64,000 nt of DNA from Eledone cirrhosa (Eukaryota), in assembly GCA_964016885.1 (NCBI GenBank), contig OZ024750.1:14384001-14448000 (forward strand), in the 5' to 3' direction. The translations under genes and the position numbers were made by a program. Of the stretch, positions 37,760-50,065 are shown piece by piece (the stretch's first letter is position 1; every line of letters begins with the position of its first letter). Under the pieces are notes generated by a model that did not search any database, was not told where the DNA came from, and saw only the letters and a program-made list of their open reading frames with translations.

Positions 37760-39040
37760 ACGGCGGCGGTTGTAGTGGTGGTGGTGGTTAGTGGCTGCCC
37801 TGCGGGGTGGGGGTGGGGGCGGTATTAGTGGCTGCCCTGTTGGGTGGTGGTGGTATTAGTGGCTGCCCTGTTGGGTGGTGGTGGTATTAGTGGCTGCCCT
37901 GTTGGGTGGTGGTGGTATTAGTGGCTGCCTTGTGGGGGGAGGGGGGGGGGGGGGTATTAGTGGCTGCCCTGTTGGGTGGTGGTGGTATTAGTGGCTGCCC
38001 TGTGGGGGGAGGGGGGGGGGGGTATTAGTGGCTGCCCTGTTGGGTGGTGGTGGTATTAGTGGCTGCCCTGTGGGGGGAGGGTGGTGGTGGTATTAGTGGC
38101 TGCCCTGTTGGGTGGTGGTGGTATTAGTGGCTGCCCTGTGGGGGGAGGGAGGGGGGGGGGGGGGGGGGGGGGGTATTAGTGGCTTCCCTGTTGGGGGGCC
38201 CGGGGTGGTGGTGGTAGTAATAGTCGCTGCCCTGTGGTAGTAGTAGTTGTGGTATTAGTGGTTGCCCTGTGGGGGGAGTGGTGGTATTAGTGTCTGCCCT
38301 GGGGGGTCCCGTGTGGGAGGGGGCTGTACTGGGGGTGGAGGTGGTGGTAGTAATAGTCGCTGCCCTGTGGTGTTAGTTGTGGTATTAGTGGCTGCCCTGT
38401 GGTATTAGTGGTATTGGTGGCTGCCCTGTGGTGGTTGTGGTGGTAGTAGTAGTCGTATGTGTGGCTGCCCTGTGGTAGTGGTGGTAGCAGTCATATTAGT
38501 GGCTGCTCTTGTGGTCATGGTGGTGGTGGTGGTATTTGTGGCTGCCCTGTGGTACAGGTGGTGGTGGCAGTAGTGGTATTAGTGGCTACCCTGTGGTGGT
38601 GGTGGTGGTGGTATTCGTGGCTACCCTGTGGTGATGGTGGTGGTGGTATTCGTGGCTACTATGTGGTGGTGGTGGTGGTGATATTCGTGGCTACCCTGTG
38701 GTGATGGTGGTGGTGGTATTCGTGGCTGCTATGTGGTGGTGGTATTTGTGGCTACCCTGTGGTGGTGGTGGTGGTAGTCATGGCTGCCCTATGGTGGTGT
38801 TGGTGGTGGTATTCGTGGCTACCCTGTGGTGGTGGTGGTGGTGGTGGTATCCCTGGCTGCCCTATGGTGGTGGTGGTGGTGGTGGTATCCGTGGCTACCC
38901 TGTGGTGGTGGTGGTGGTATCCGTGGCTGCCTTATGGTGGTGGTATCCGTGGCTGCCCTATGGTGGTGGTGGTGGTGGTGGTATTAGTGGCTGCTATGTG
39001 GTGGTGGTGGTGGTATTCACTGCTGCTATGTGGTGGTCGT
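37760..39040. repeat. G-rich minisatellite (ggtggtggtattagtggctgccctgt variants)
   Basis: ~29-bp units with poly-G runs, grading into (GGT)n-rich variants. Confidence 0.92.
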
Positions 39041-39567
39041 AGCAGTGTTATCAACAGCAGTAGTAAACAACATCGTTAGTATGTCACCAATAACCGCAGT
39101 ATCAACATTGTTGCCAGTGTAGTAGAAACACCAACAGTTAACTACAGCGATGGCAGCCAGCTCTATCACTGCCCCATGGTTGTGATTTCAGCAGTGGTAA
39201 TCAACGACAGTAGTAAATAATAAACAACAAGGCACATAAAGCAATTAGTTAGTATGTCACCAACAACCGTACTATCATCATCACTACCAATGGAGTAACG
39301 AGAGCCATGGCAGTGAAAGTAATACTACGTAGGTTGAGCGACAGATGGCGAGACACTGGAATACCAAACATTACAATCATTTCGTCCATCCAGATTCCAA
39401 TTTTTTCTCTTTCGTCATTCAGCAGGTTGATAAAATTAGTCCTTTTCCAACATACCACCTGAAACCGTCCTTGATTTATGATACAAACAAATATCGGCTT
39501 ACTAATGAAAACTTAGTTCTTCTTAGTTATTTTATTAAATCCCTTATTTTCACAGACGGTGTATTTC

Positions 39568-39670
<103 letters not shown>

Positions 39671-39726
39671 TGAGACAGTAAACAAAAAACCAAAAAACAA
39701 CGTGAAGCGAAGAGACAGTACAAAAT

Positions 39727-39767
<41 letters not shown>

Positions 39768-39768
<1 letters not shown>

Positions 39769-40418
39769 TAGCCGAATTACCCGCGCCCTGCTGTGTTTCA
39801 CACATTTTTTTTGTAAGAAAATGATTGATTTTAAATCAGTGATATAATTTATGGAGAAAAACTCTGCATTTCAATATTACTCAATGTAAAATGTAATGCA
39901 TAAAAAATTGGAAAACATTATTTTTTGTAATATAACAAATCAAAATTATATTATTAAATCTTATTCTTATTTTGTTTCTTGTAAATAATTTTTTTTAAAA
40001 TATCAATTCAAAACTTTTGTGAATAGGCATCATATCTTGTCATTTACCTATGGTTTAAATTTCATATAAATCGAAGGGAAAAAATTTTCAGCGGGGATTT
40101 GTGCCCCTGGGGAACCCTAATAGGGGTTTTAACCCCCTATTAGGGTGTCTTATTATTATTGAAATTTGCTGAAAGTTTGTGAATAGGAATCATATCTTGT
40201 CATTTACCTATGGTTTAAATTTCATATAAATCGAAGGGAAAATATTTTCAGCTGGATTTGTGCCTCCTGGAGAACCCTTTGATTAAAATGAAATATACTT
40301 ATCCAAGTACCCTGGGCAATGAAGTTTCATAATATATATGGTTGTGAGGGGTGGGTCTATCTCCAAAACCATAGGAGGAGTTCGTGAACAAACAAAAAAA
40401 CAAACAGACAGGAATACA

Positions 40419-40450
<32 letters not shown>
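39768..40450 (-). mobile_element. Probable non-autonomous Helitron
   Basis: Minus-strand 3' end has a GC-rich subterminal stretch then CTAG|T; the 5' end has (TA)n followed by ctgtctgtttgttt; internal ~70-bp duplication at about 40015 and 40175. Confidence 0.55.
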
Positions 40451-40600
40451 ATGAAAAATTGAACAGGGACAGAACAGAGAGGCAGTACGACAAATGTTTA
40501 TTAAATTCACGGTCAGGAGAGTGGGGGGTAGGTGGATATGTGTGTTGATTTAAAACTTCACTATTCACAAGTGTTTTTTAAGCTTCATATCATGTGTCCC

Positions 40601-40671
40601 TATTTTATCTGATGAGAACGCAGATATCAACCCATGATGATATTTGTTTTTGAAATGCGCATAATAAAATA
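40601..40671 (+). ncRNA. Minimal type I hammerhead ribozyme motif
   Basis: Stem I TATTTTAT/ATAAAATA (8 bp perfect), CTGATGA at 40609-15, 14-bp stem II, GAAA at 40652-55, palindromic TGCGCA stem III, AUA cleavage triplet. Confidence 0.8.
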
Positions 40672-40699
40672 CTTGGAACTCTTTTAACCATCTTTTGAT

Positions 40700-40768
<69 letters not shown>

Positions 40769-40772
<4 letters not shown>

Positions 40773-43761
40773 TCATCATCATCATCATCATCAGGTTTAG
40801 CGTCCGTGTTCCACGCTTGCATGGGTTTGGACGGGGGTTTTCCCACTTGAGGCAAGAGTGGTTGTCTTGCTCGCATAGGACTGTCTGGCGGGTTTTCTAC
40901 AGTTGGATGCCCTTCCTAACACCAACCACATTTACAGTGTGGGGCTGGGAGGTTTTTACCGTGTTGCCTACACGGCCACATTACAGCGTGGACTGTCTGG
41001 CGGGTTTTCTACAGCTGGATGCCCTTCCTAACACCAACCACATTTACAGTGTGGGGCTGGGAGGTTTTTACCGTGTTGCCTACACGGCCACATTTACAGC
41101 GTGGACTGTGTGTTTTTTGTCGTGACACCTACACGATCTCATTTGTTTCGGCCTGGATGTTGTGGGACCAACATAACTTTACATTGAAAGGGGCGGTGTG
41201 GGTGGGGTGGAGGGTGGTGGGACGGGGGGGTGTTTTGATAGAGATGCCTACTGACTGTAGTAGGTTTTTACTTTGTATTTAGGTAAGGCGGGTCTTCTCT
41301 ATTACTGAGTACCGCCAAAGGTCTCGGTCCAGTGACATTGTCTTGGAGAGGTGTAAGCGTGTGAGGTCGGAATTTATCAGCTCGTCCCATGTTTTTCTGG
41401 GTCTGCCTACTCCGTGGCTACCGTCTATCTTTATTGCCCTGCACTTTGTTATACAGCTGTCGTCTTTCATGCGCATCACGTGACCGTACCAACGTAGCCT
41501 TCTCTCGAGTAAACAACATCTGATCCCTCTTATTTCTAATTTTTTCCTTAGTTCGTTTATGCTTTGCCGTTCACGTATATTACTATTGCACATCCAGCGG
41601 AGCATGCAAGCTTCGTTCCTCTCTAGTCTGCGTATATCCTCTGCACACAATGCCCAGGTCTCACTGCCATGCAGCATTGCTGTTCGTATGCAGGCATCGT
41701 ATAACCTGCCTTTCATTTTTAGGGAGAACCCTCTAGCGGCTAATAGTGGTATAAGCTCTCTGAACTTTTTCCATCCAGTTCTGACTCTAGCTACTGTACT
41801 TTCAGAGCACCCTCCCCCACTGCTGATTTTGTCACCCAGATAACGGAAGCTGTCCACTATTTCTATAGAACCCTCTGCGCAGTTGAAGGAGCTAGTATTT
41901 TGTGGGCACTTGCTGCTACTTATTGCACCAGAGCACCGGCCACATGTAAAATCTATGTTCTTAGTTAGCTTACCTGTGATCCCACTACATCTTTTATGCA
42001 CCCATACTTTGCATTTGGGACATAAAATGGAGTTTCTACCTACGCCTTTCCTACACACTGAGCATGGCCATTTCCCCGATGGGACCGCCGCCTTATTTTC
42101 TTTCCTACAAACTAGAACTTTAGTCTTAGCCAGGTTAATTTTAAGGCCTTTTGATTCTAGGCCGTGCTTCCACGTTTGGAATTTCTTCTCTAGTTCGGTC
42201 ATTGATTCAGCTATGAGCGTTAGATCATCTGCGTATAGGAGTTCCCATGGGCAGCCGGTCTTGAACTCCTCTGTTATAGCCTGAAGGGCAATAATAAATA
42301 GTAGGGGGCTAAGAACAGAGCCCTGATGGACACCAACTTTTACGCTAAACTCTTCACTATATTCGTTGTTAATTCTAACCTTACTGACTGTTTCTTTATA
42401 CATGGCTTGTATAGCTCTCACAAGCCATTCGTCAACACCTAGTTTTCTAAGAGACCACCAGATAATGGAACGGGGGACTCTGTCGAAGGCTTTCTCCAAG
42501 TCGACGAAAGCTAAGTATAGGGGTTTACTTTTAGCTAGGTACTTCTCCTGTAGTTGTCGTACAATGAAAAGAGCGTCTGTGGTACTTTTGCCTGACACAA
42601 ACCCGAACTGCATTTCATCTAGATCAATTCTCTCTCTGATTAGTTGCGCTATTACTTTTTCCGTGACCTTCATGACCTGGTCGATTAATTTAATGCCTCT
42701 ATAGTTACTCCTATCTAGGGCATCTCCTTTTCCCTTATAGCAGTTAACGATGATGCTGCTACGCCATTCCTTCGGAACAACCCCATTCTGTACGACTTGG
42801 TTAACTATCCGGGTGACCATGGTGTGTCCCACCGAACCAGATGCCTTCAGCATCTCAGCAACTATTTCCGAAGGCCCAGCCGCCTTACCCGTCTTCATAT
42901 CTTTGATTGCCTTACTTATTATACTACCTTCAACTAACACTGCTGGTCCCTCTATTGGATCGATCTGGGGGAGACTGTCTTTCTCCCATTTGTTCTCCTC
43001 ATTTAGAAGCCTTTCGTAGTGACACTTCCAAGCTACCTTCTTATCAGCGTCGGTGATGGCAAGTATGCCATCATCGTTAAGTACACACTTCTCCCCGACA
43101 ATATCACGGTTTTCCTTGACACATTGCCTGGCAATCCTGAACACCTCACGTTTTTGGTCCTCACGTTGTAGAACATGCTTGAACTTTCTTTCCTCTGCTT
43201 CCCTTCTTGCGAAGTACACTTGTCTCCTAGCTTCCCTCCTGGCCACTTGATAGTCTTCTCTACTTCCCCCATCCCGCCATACTTTCCAAGCCTGCTTTTT
43301 GGCCTTAATTGACTCCTCCACCTTACTGTTCCACCACCATGTTACTCTCCTCCTACCTACAGGCCTGCTCCAGCCACAGACTTCGTCTGCCGCCGTCAGC
43401 AGGTTTGCTCTCAGGAATTCCCACTGTTCCTCTATATTATACGACTCTAATTGCTCTTCCTTACTGTCGAAAGCGTCAAGTAATATGCTTTGGAATTTAT
43501 TTCTGGCTATGGGGTCCTTTAGCTTCCATATTTTTCTCCTGAGGATAGTCCTCTTCCGCTGTCTAGTACGTCTCGTCCTGACTATGAGGTCGCTAATTAT
43601 CAGTCTATGTTGGGAGGTGAATTCTTCATGGGGGTGGGATTTAGTGTTAACAACAGACACTCTGTCACGTCTTCTGGTAAGGATATAATCTACCTGGCTT
43701 GTGTGTTCCCCCGATCTATAGGTGATCAAGTGATTGTCTCGTTTTTTGAAGTTAGTGTTAC

Positions 43762-43765
<4 letters not shown>
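40769..43765 (-). mobile_element. RTE-clade LINE, 5'-truncated within the APE endonuclease
   Basis: APE C-terminus (CNTNFKK..ITYRSG...SQVDYIL...SQHRLI), full RT with YADD, 3'UTR and (GAT)n tail; (TA)n on both sides. Confidence 0.95.
41279..43765 (-). CDS. RTE ORF2 (partial APE + RT + PHD-type finger)
   Basis: Part of the 846-aa ORF in the track; the N-terminal IYIY run is translated microsatellite. Confidence 0.9.
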
Positions 43766-43809
<44 letters not shown>

Positions 43810-43811
<2 letters not shown>

Positions 43812-44135
43812 AGGCACATGGCTTAGTGGTTAGAGCATTGGCCTTGCAATCGAAAGGTTGTGAGTTCAATTCTCAGACCGGGTGATGTGTTGTTTCCTTG
43901 AGCAAGAGACTTTATTTCGCATTGCTCCAGTTTACTCAGCTGTAGAAATGAGATGATAGGGACTGGGGTCCCTATCATTCCACTGCAAAGTGGTCGTGGA
44001 GGTGCCATGGCAAAAAAGCACCCAGCACTCACTGTAAATGAGGTTGGTGTTAGGAAGGGCATCCAGCTGTAGAAATCAAGCCAGAATCAGTTACCGTCCC
44101 ACCCTTGCACGCAGGGAAAAGCGGACATAAAATGA
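43810..44135 (+). mobile_element. tRNA-derived SINE with RTE-derived 3' tail
   Basis: A box TGGCTTAGTGG, B box GAGTTCAATTC, core ccttgagcaagagactttatttc...ctcagctg; tail near-identical to the RTE 3'UTR at about 22640-22790. Confidence 0.9.
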
Positions 44136-44156
44136 AAATATATATATATATATATA

Positions 44157-44232
44157 TTGGGTCGTCAAGTATGAAATTTGTAGTAATTTGTTTTTTTTTT
44201 GTTTTCTACAAATTTCATACTTGACGACCCAA
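44157..44232. mobile_element. 76-bp mariner-type MITE / palindrome
   Basis: Perfect 27-bp inverted arms ttgggtcgtcaagtatgaaatttgtag, TA on both sides. Confidence 0.75.
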
Positions 44233-44657
44233 TATATATATATGTGTTCTACTATGCTTGAAGTATAATGGACTGGCTAAAGAATACCTCAAAAGGCAGG
44301 TACACACTCATACATACATTCATTCACCACATATACATACATACATACACATACACGCACATACACATACACACACATACACAACCAATAAAAACACTGT
44401 ACACACACACCTGTGTGTGTATGTGTTTATATATATACGTATATATAAACAGGGTGTCCCCCAAAAATGTATATACTTTTTTATTTGAATGCTGAAGTGT
44501 GTATACATTTCTATATGACTATAAATTGAAATTAGTTTATACCACTCTAAAGAAGGTATTTTGTGTCTGTAAATGGTGAATACAACATGAGTAATTCCTA
44601 TATAAGTAATAGAATATAAAGAGAGAAGCAGGTAAAGGTAGGGTTGGATTAATTAGA

Positions 44658-44748
44658 ATAATAATAATAATAATAATAATGAAATTATTGTGTACAGTGC
44701 TCAGGTGCACTACAACTCATCAAAGGTGCATGTATAGTACATAGAATA
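44658..44748 (-). mobile_element. Very short CR1-like 3' end
   Basis: Essentially identical to 18561-18651. Confidence 0.8.
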
Positions 44749-44834
44749 GATGAGTTAAGAGGGTAAGTAGATGATGAGGTGTGCAGAGTATTAGAAAGAA
44801 AGTATATATTTCTTACAGAGAGGTGTAAATGAGA

Positions 44835-45015
44835 ATAATTGTTTCTACTATTGGCACAAGGCCAGCAATTACCCAGTACATTACTGGTACTTTATTTTAT
44901 CGACCCCGTAAGGATGCAAGGCAAAGTTAACCTCGGCGGGATTTGAACTCAGAATGGCAAGGGCCGTAACTCTATGCGTCAAATCATGGTGTCCGACCCT
45001 CTACCGATACTGCCA
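44835..45015 (-). mobile_element. SINE, same family as 45478-45677
   Basis: Near-identical to 53211-53389. Confidence 0.85.
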
Positions 45016-45102
45016 GAGAATAATGAACAGGATATATACAGGTGAAATGTCATTCACCTTTGGGGTTTATTTTTGTCACTCTGCTATTATCCTGCCACCC
45101 GC

Positions 45103-45270
45103 CCCAGTACACTGAGGTCTGTAGTACTATCCCAGAACATATACTACTACCCCAGTACACTGAGGTCTGTAGTACTATCCCAGAACATATACTACTGCCC
45201 CAGTACACTGAGGTCTGTAGTACTATCCCAGAACATATTCTACTGCCCACCACCGACCCCAGTACGCTGA
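45103..45270. repeat. 48-bp tandem repeat x3
   Basis: cccagtacactgaggtctgtagtactatcccagaacat at 45103, 45151 and 45199. Confidence 0.9.
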
Positions 45271-45477
45271 GCTATATAGTTCTACCTGAGAACATCTATT
45301 GACACCCACCTACCTCAGATGCTTGAGTTCTAATTGCTTAGTAGGAAGAGGTGACCCTTAAATACAGAAGTCTTACAATGAAAGAAATTAAGTACTGGTG
45401 TTGATTTAATCAACTTTATCCTCCCCCAAAACTGCTGGCCTTGAGCCTAAATTTGAAACCATTATTATCACTTCCAA

Positions 45478-45677
45478 GGGCGATGGATTGGCAGTATTGG
45501 TAGAGAGTCGGGCGCCATACTTTGCAGCATAGAGTTACGTCCCTTTTCGGTCTGAGTTCAAATCCCGCTGAGGTTTTAACTTTGCTTTTCATCCTTACAG
45601 GGTCGATAAAATAAAGCACCAGTAATGCACTGGGATAATTGCTGGCCTTGTGCCAAAAGTAGAAACAATTATTATTG
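45478..45677 (+). mobile_element. Full-length copy of a second SINE superfamily (tttgcctttcatcctt...ggtcgataaaat core)
   Basis: A box TGGCAGTATTGGT, B box GAGTTCAAATCCC, conserved core, (ATT)n tail. Confidence 0.85.
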
Positions 45678-46039
45678 CTTCCAACAGTGGTACATTGCAG
45701 GGAGTGCAGTGGGGTGCAGTGGGGTTGCAGCTGCAATCAATAAAAAAAAAATTTTCTTCAGAAAATTTGGTTTTGTTGAAAAATTCTTAAATTTTCAAAA
45801 AATATTGTATACTTTGCTTATTTATTTTAATTACACGAAACATAATAAAAAATGTACAATATTTTATTATGTAAAGTGGTTGTGGTGGTGTCGCAAAAAA
45901 TGCATCCAGTACACTCTCTAAAATTAGGTCTTTGTTGGAAAATTATGAATTTCTGCATCTTCAAAAATGATAGGAGCAATGTAGTTATGTCTCCCTATAC
46001 CATTAAAACTACATCTCACTCTCAATTCTCACTCACAGC

Positions 46040-46190
46040 TCTCATTCTCTCACTCTGACTCTCTATCTCATTCTCAGCTCTCTCTATCTCTCTTTCTCAG
46101 CTTTCAATCTCATCTCTCTCTCTCTCTCTCTCTCTCAGCTTTCACATTCTCTCTCTCTCTCTCTCTATCTCCCTCTCTCAGCTTTCAATC

Positions 46191-46229
<39 letters not shown>

Positions 46230-46239
46230 TCTCAGCTTT

Positions 46240-46289
<50 letters not shown>

Positions 46290-46304
46290 CCCTCTCTCAG
46301 CTTT

Positions 46305-46370
<66 letters not shown>

Positions 46371-46381
46371 CTCTCTCAATC

Positions 46382-46443
<62 letters not shown>

Positions 46444-46451
46444 TTTCAATC

Positions 46452-46489
<38 letters not shown>

Positions 46490-46522
46490 TTTCAATCTCA
46501 TCTCTCTCTCTATCTCACTCTC

Positions 46523-46558
<36 letters not shown>

Positions 46559-46569
46559 CTCTCAGCTTT

Positions 46570-46611
<42 letters not shown>

Positions 46612-46619
46612 TTTCAATC

Positions 46620-46652
<33 letters not shown>
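46040..46652. repeat. (CT)n tract punctuated by cagctttcaatctcat
   Basis: Read directly from the sequence. Confidence 0.95.
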
Positions 46653-46654
<2 letters not shown>

Positions 46655-46769
46655 TTGCTCTCATTATCACCTCTTACTTGTCATTGGATCTGGCTGTATT
46701 CACTTTATAACTCCCATCTACAATCATCCATTATAAGATGATATCCATTACTTGTGGGTCATATTCAAT

Positions 46770-47030
46770 ACCTACCACCACTACCACCACCACCACCACC
46801 ACTACCATTACCACCACCACTACATCACCACAACGACGACAACCACCACCACCACCATAACTACCACCACTATTACTTCCACCACCACCGCCATAACTAC
46901 CCCCACCATAACTACCACCACCACCACTACAACACTACCATTACCCCATCACTGCCCCCACCACCACCATAACTACCCCACCACCATTACCCCCACCCCC
47001 ACCACAGTCACATTAACCACCCCCACCATC
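46770..47030. repeat. Degenerate (ACC)n
   Basis: Read directly from the sequence. Confidence 0.9.
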
Positions 47031-48009
47031 ATTAGACTCCTAACTGACATCTATTACTGATGATATTCATCCACCACCCTCCTCTCCTACCATCACACAT
47101 CCCTATTGGTGTATTATCAAAGTTGCTCGATGCTTTCCAACCTCATTCTCCCTCCTCAACCAACCTATCAATTTATTTCCTTCTTCGTATTCAAATTGTA
47201 CTCTCTCTTCTTTCAATTCTATTCTTGATTCGTCTGGAATACTTATGCCTAACTTTCCACTTAGAACTGATGCACTACTGCATATTACTCTTTCCATGGT
47301 TTCTCCATGAATAACATTTCAAATCTTGATCTTCACAAATCATGTTATCCTGATGGTATCCCTGTCATATATTTGTGGGAAATCTTCTCTAGTTCTTCTT
47401 CTATCTAAACTTTACAACAATTGCTTTGCTGAATCTTAATTTCAATCTTGCTAGAAACTCGCTTCTGTTCTTCCACTTTTTAAGATCTCTAGGCTACCAT
47501 CTGATCCTTCTAATTATCACCATATTAGTTGTCTGTCACTCTTTGGTAAATTCTTTGAGTCTTTAATCAATTCTGAATTAGTTAAGCACACACACGCGCA
47601 CACACACACCCCACACACACACCCACACACAAATATATGCGGATGGTTGCAGAGTTTTTGTGGCCCCATCCTCTCTTTTTGTTGAGTTCTTCATTATGAT
47701 CTGATTTGTCTCATAATGGATATTAAATGATGATGATGATGATGGCTTTGTCTCTTTTGGTGTTGAAGAAGTATTTACCAAAATTAGAAGAAAAAGTTCT
47801 TTATTAATATTCTAGATAAAAAGAAATTAAAACAAAATATTTTGTTATTATTGAAAATTTTATTACCACTAACAAGTCTTCAATTTATTTTCTTCTGAGA
47901 ATGCTGAAAATAATTAAAATATAAATTATTTCATCATTTGTATGAAGCTTCAGTTATTAGGGAAGGAGCATGAAATTTGTGATATATGAGGATTTACCAA
48001 AGACATTAA

Positions 48010-48227
48010 TCTTTTAGCATTTAAACCGGCTGTATCCAGCTAGAATTCTCTCGCCTCTTTCTGTTCAACCCGGCTGTAACTGGCCACTCACACTGATGTT
48101 AAGGTATTGTTCTCAAAATAAATATTAAAATCTCATAGATTCGAGATTATGTGAGATAATTATGTGAGATAAAGCCTTTACCATGAAAATACAATAGTAT
48201 ATATAAAGAAATGTAAATGCTAAAGGG
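48010..48227. mobile_element. piggyBac-type MITE, same family, opposite orientation
   Basis: TTAA on both sides; body is the reverse complement of 2545-2755. Confidence 0.8.
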
Positions 48228-49034
48228 TTAAATGTAAACTTGCTGTGTATTGAATTCACTCAGAGCTTATGACTGAAATGAATACCTAAAAACTATCTAT
48301 ATTTTTCCCTTTGATGATAATTTTTTTTAATCTGTTATGAAGGAAAACATTATTTGTCTACTTTGCTGTTGTGACTTGTTGTTAGATATTAGAGACCCAT
48401 GCAATACTGATGCTATAATCCTGTATAGATTTAACATTTCTGGAATAAAATGTAAAAGCTGACTTTGGTAAGTTTTGAACACAGACGTAAAGTTGTGTAA
48501 CTAAATACAGCAATGCTCTAATTCCGCCAATCCATCGCTGTAGAAAATATTGATATATTTTAGCTAGACAAAAAACCAGGTTTTTTCAAGGGTGAGTATA
48601 TAGTAGTGTCTCGAGGCTGTGTTCATGAATCTCAATAAGATGACTATCCCTTCATCCGGAACTTGATGGTTATGGATTTCTTATTAAAAAGTGACCTGCA
48701 GCGTCTCCACAGGATCAAAACACTACTGTACCAGCTTTGGAGACAATCACCATTCTAATACTTTATAAGATTTCATGATATTCTATGAGAAATATATAGA
48801 AATATTCTCTGGATTTATCATTGATGGAAATATTCATTGAAAAGTTTAAGAAATATTGTTATTTACTTTATAAATTTTTCTGTATCCACATAACTGTTCA
48901 ACAACTTCTTCAAATGTATAATAGCCGTAACAATTTGGTGGGTACACAATCTGTATTTTAAAAAAATAGTACAGATAGTTATATTATTGTAATAAGTTAT
49001 AATAAATTACATTCTTACAATATTTAATAACATT

Positions 49035-49397
49035 TTGATTTCCATGTCTCTAACACACGTGGACATGCCTACAAAGTCAGAAAGCAGTGCAGCTCCCATG
49101 ACTTTCGGAAACATTTTTTCACACTCAGAGTTGCTGAAGCATGGAACAAACTACCTGCATCAGTTGTTAGCTGTTAAGACACTGCATCCTTTAAAACCTC
49201 CATGCTTCCTGAGATTCACCAACACTACACCTGATGTCCCCCTCCATACACACGCACACATGTATTTCATGACTCGTACACTGTTCATTTTCCTGACATT
49301 TGTACATTATTCTATGTACTATACATGTACCTTTGATGAGTTGTAGTGCACCTGAGCACTGTACACAATAATTTCATTATTATTATCATTATTATTA
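49035..49397 (+). mobile_element. CR1-like LINE 3' end
   Basis: Translates FFTLRVAEAWNKLPASVV, the CR1 ORF2 C-terminal motif; terminal hairpin tagtgc-acctga-gcactg; (ATT)n tail. Confidence 0.85.
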
Positions 49398-49551
49398 TAC
49401 AATAAAAACTTGCAGTCTGAATTGTTTCTTCATGCTATATTATCTTTTAAAATTCCTTCTACTATGTATTACATTATTGATAAAGTCATATATATAGGCT
49501 AGCAATTATCATTTCTTCTTTCTCCTACCATTTTCACTGTTGCCTTTGTGG

Positions 49552-50065
49552 CATCATCATCACCATCATCACCACCACCAGCACCAACACCACCGCCACC
49601 ACCACCACCACCGACACCAACAGCATCGCCACCACCACCACCACCACCACCACCAGTCACTAGCACCAGTCACTAGCACTGTGTTCAGACATAGAAGACA
49701 CTGTACTAATCTACTAATCATCATGAGCACCACCACCACCACCAGTCACTGACACCAACACCAACACCACCGCCACCACCACCACCGCCACCACCACCGC
49801 CGCCACCACCACCACCACCATCACCGTCACCACCGTCACCACCACCAGTCACTGACACCAACACCACCACCACCACCACCACCACCACCGTCACCACCAC
49901 CGCCGCCACCACCACCACCACCACCACCACCAGCAAAACCAGTCACTGGCACTACGTTCAGACATAGAAGACACTATATTAATCTACTATTATATAGAAG
50001 ATACTATGCTAGTCTACCATTATATAGAAGACACTATACTATTTTATTAACATTATATAGAAGAT
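49552..50065. repeat. (ACC)n-rich tract with repeated accagtcact and atagaagacact motifs
   Basis: Read directly from the sequence. Confidence 0.9.

Noticed and set aside
38459-39079. Gly/Cys/Tyr-rich ORFs resembling structural (keratin-associated or beak-like) proteins
   Set aside because: All three frames give low-complexity products, the frame shifts between units, and there is no signal peptide or splice support.
43810-43885. tRNA gene
   Set aside because: A/B boxes are present, but the sequence continues into a SINE core and tail without a proper acceptor stem or terminator.
46752-49936. Poly-His/Thr/Pro/Gly ORFs
   Set aside because: Translations of (ACC)n microsatellite.
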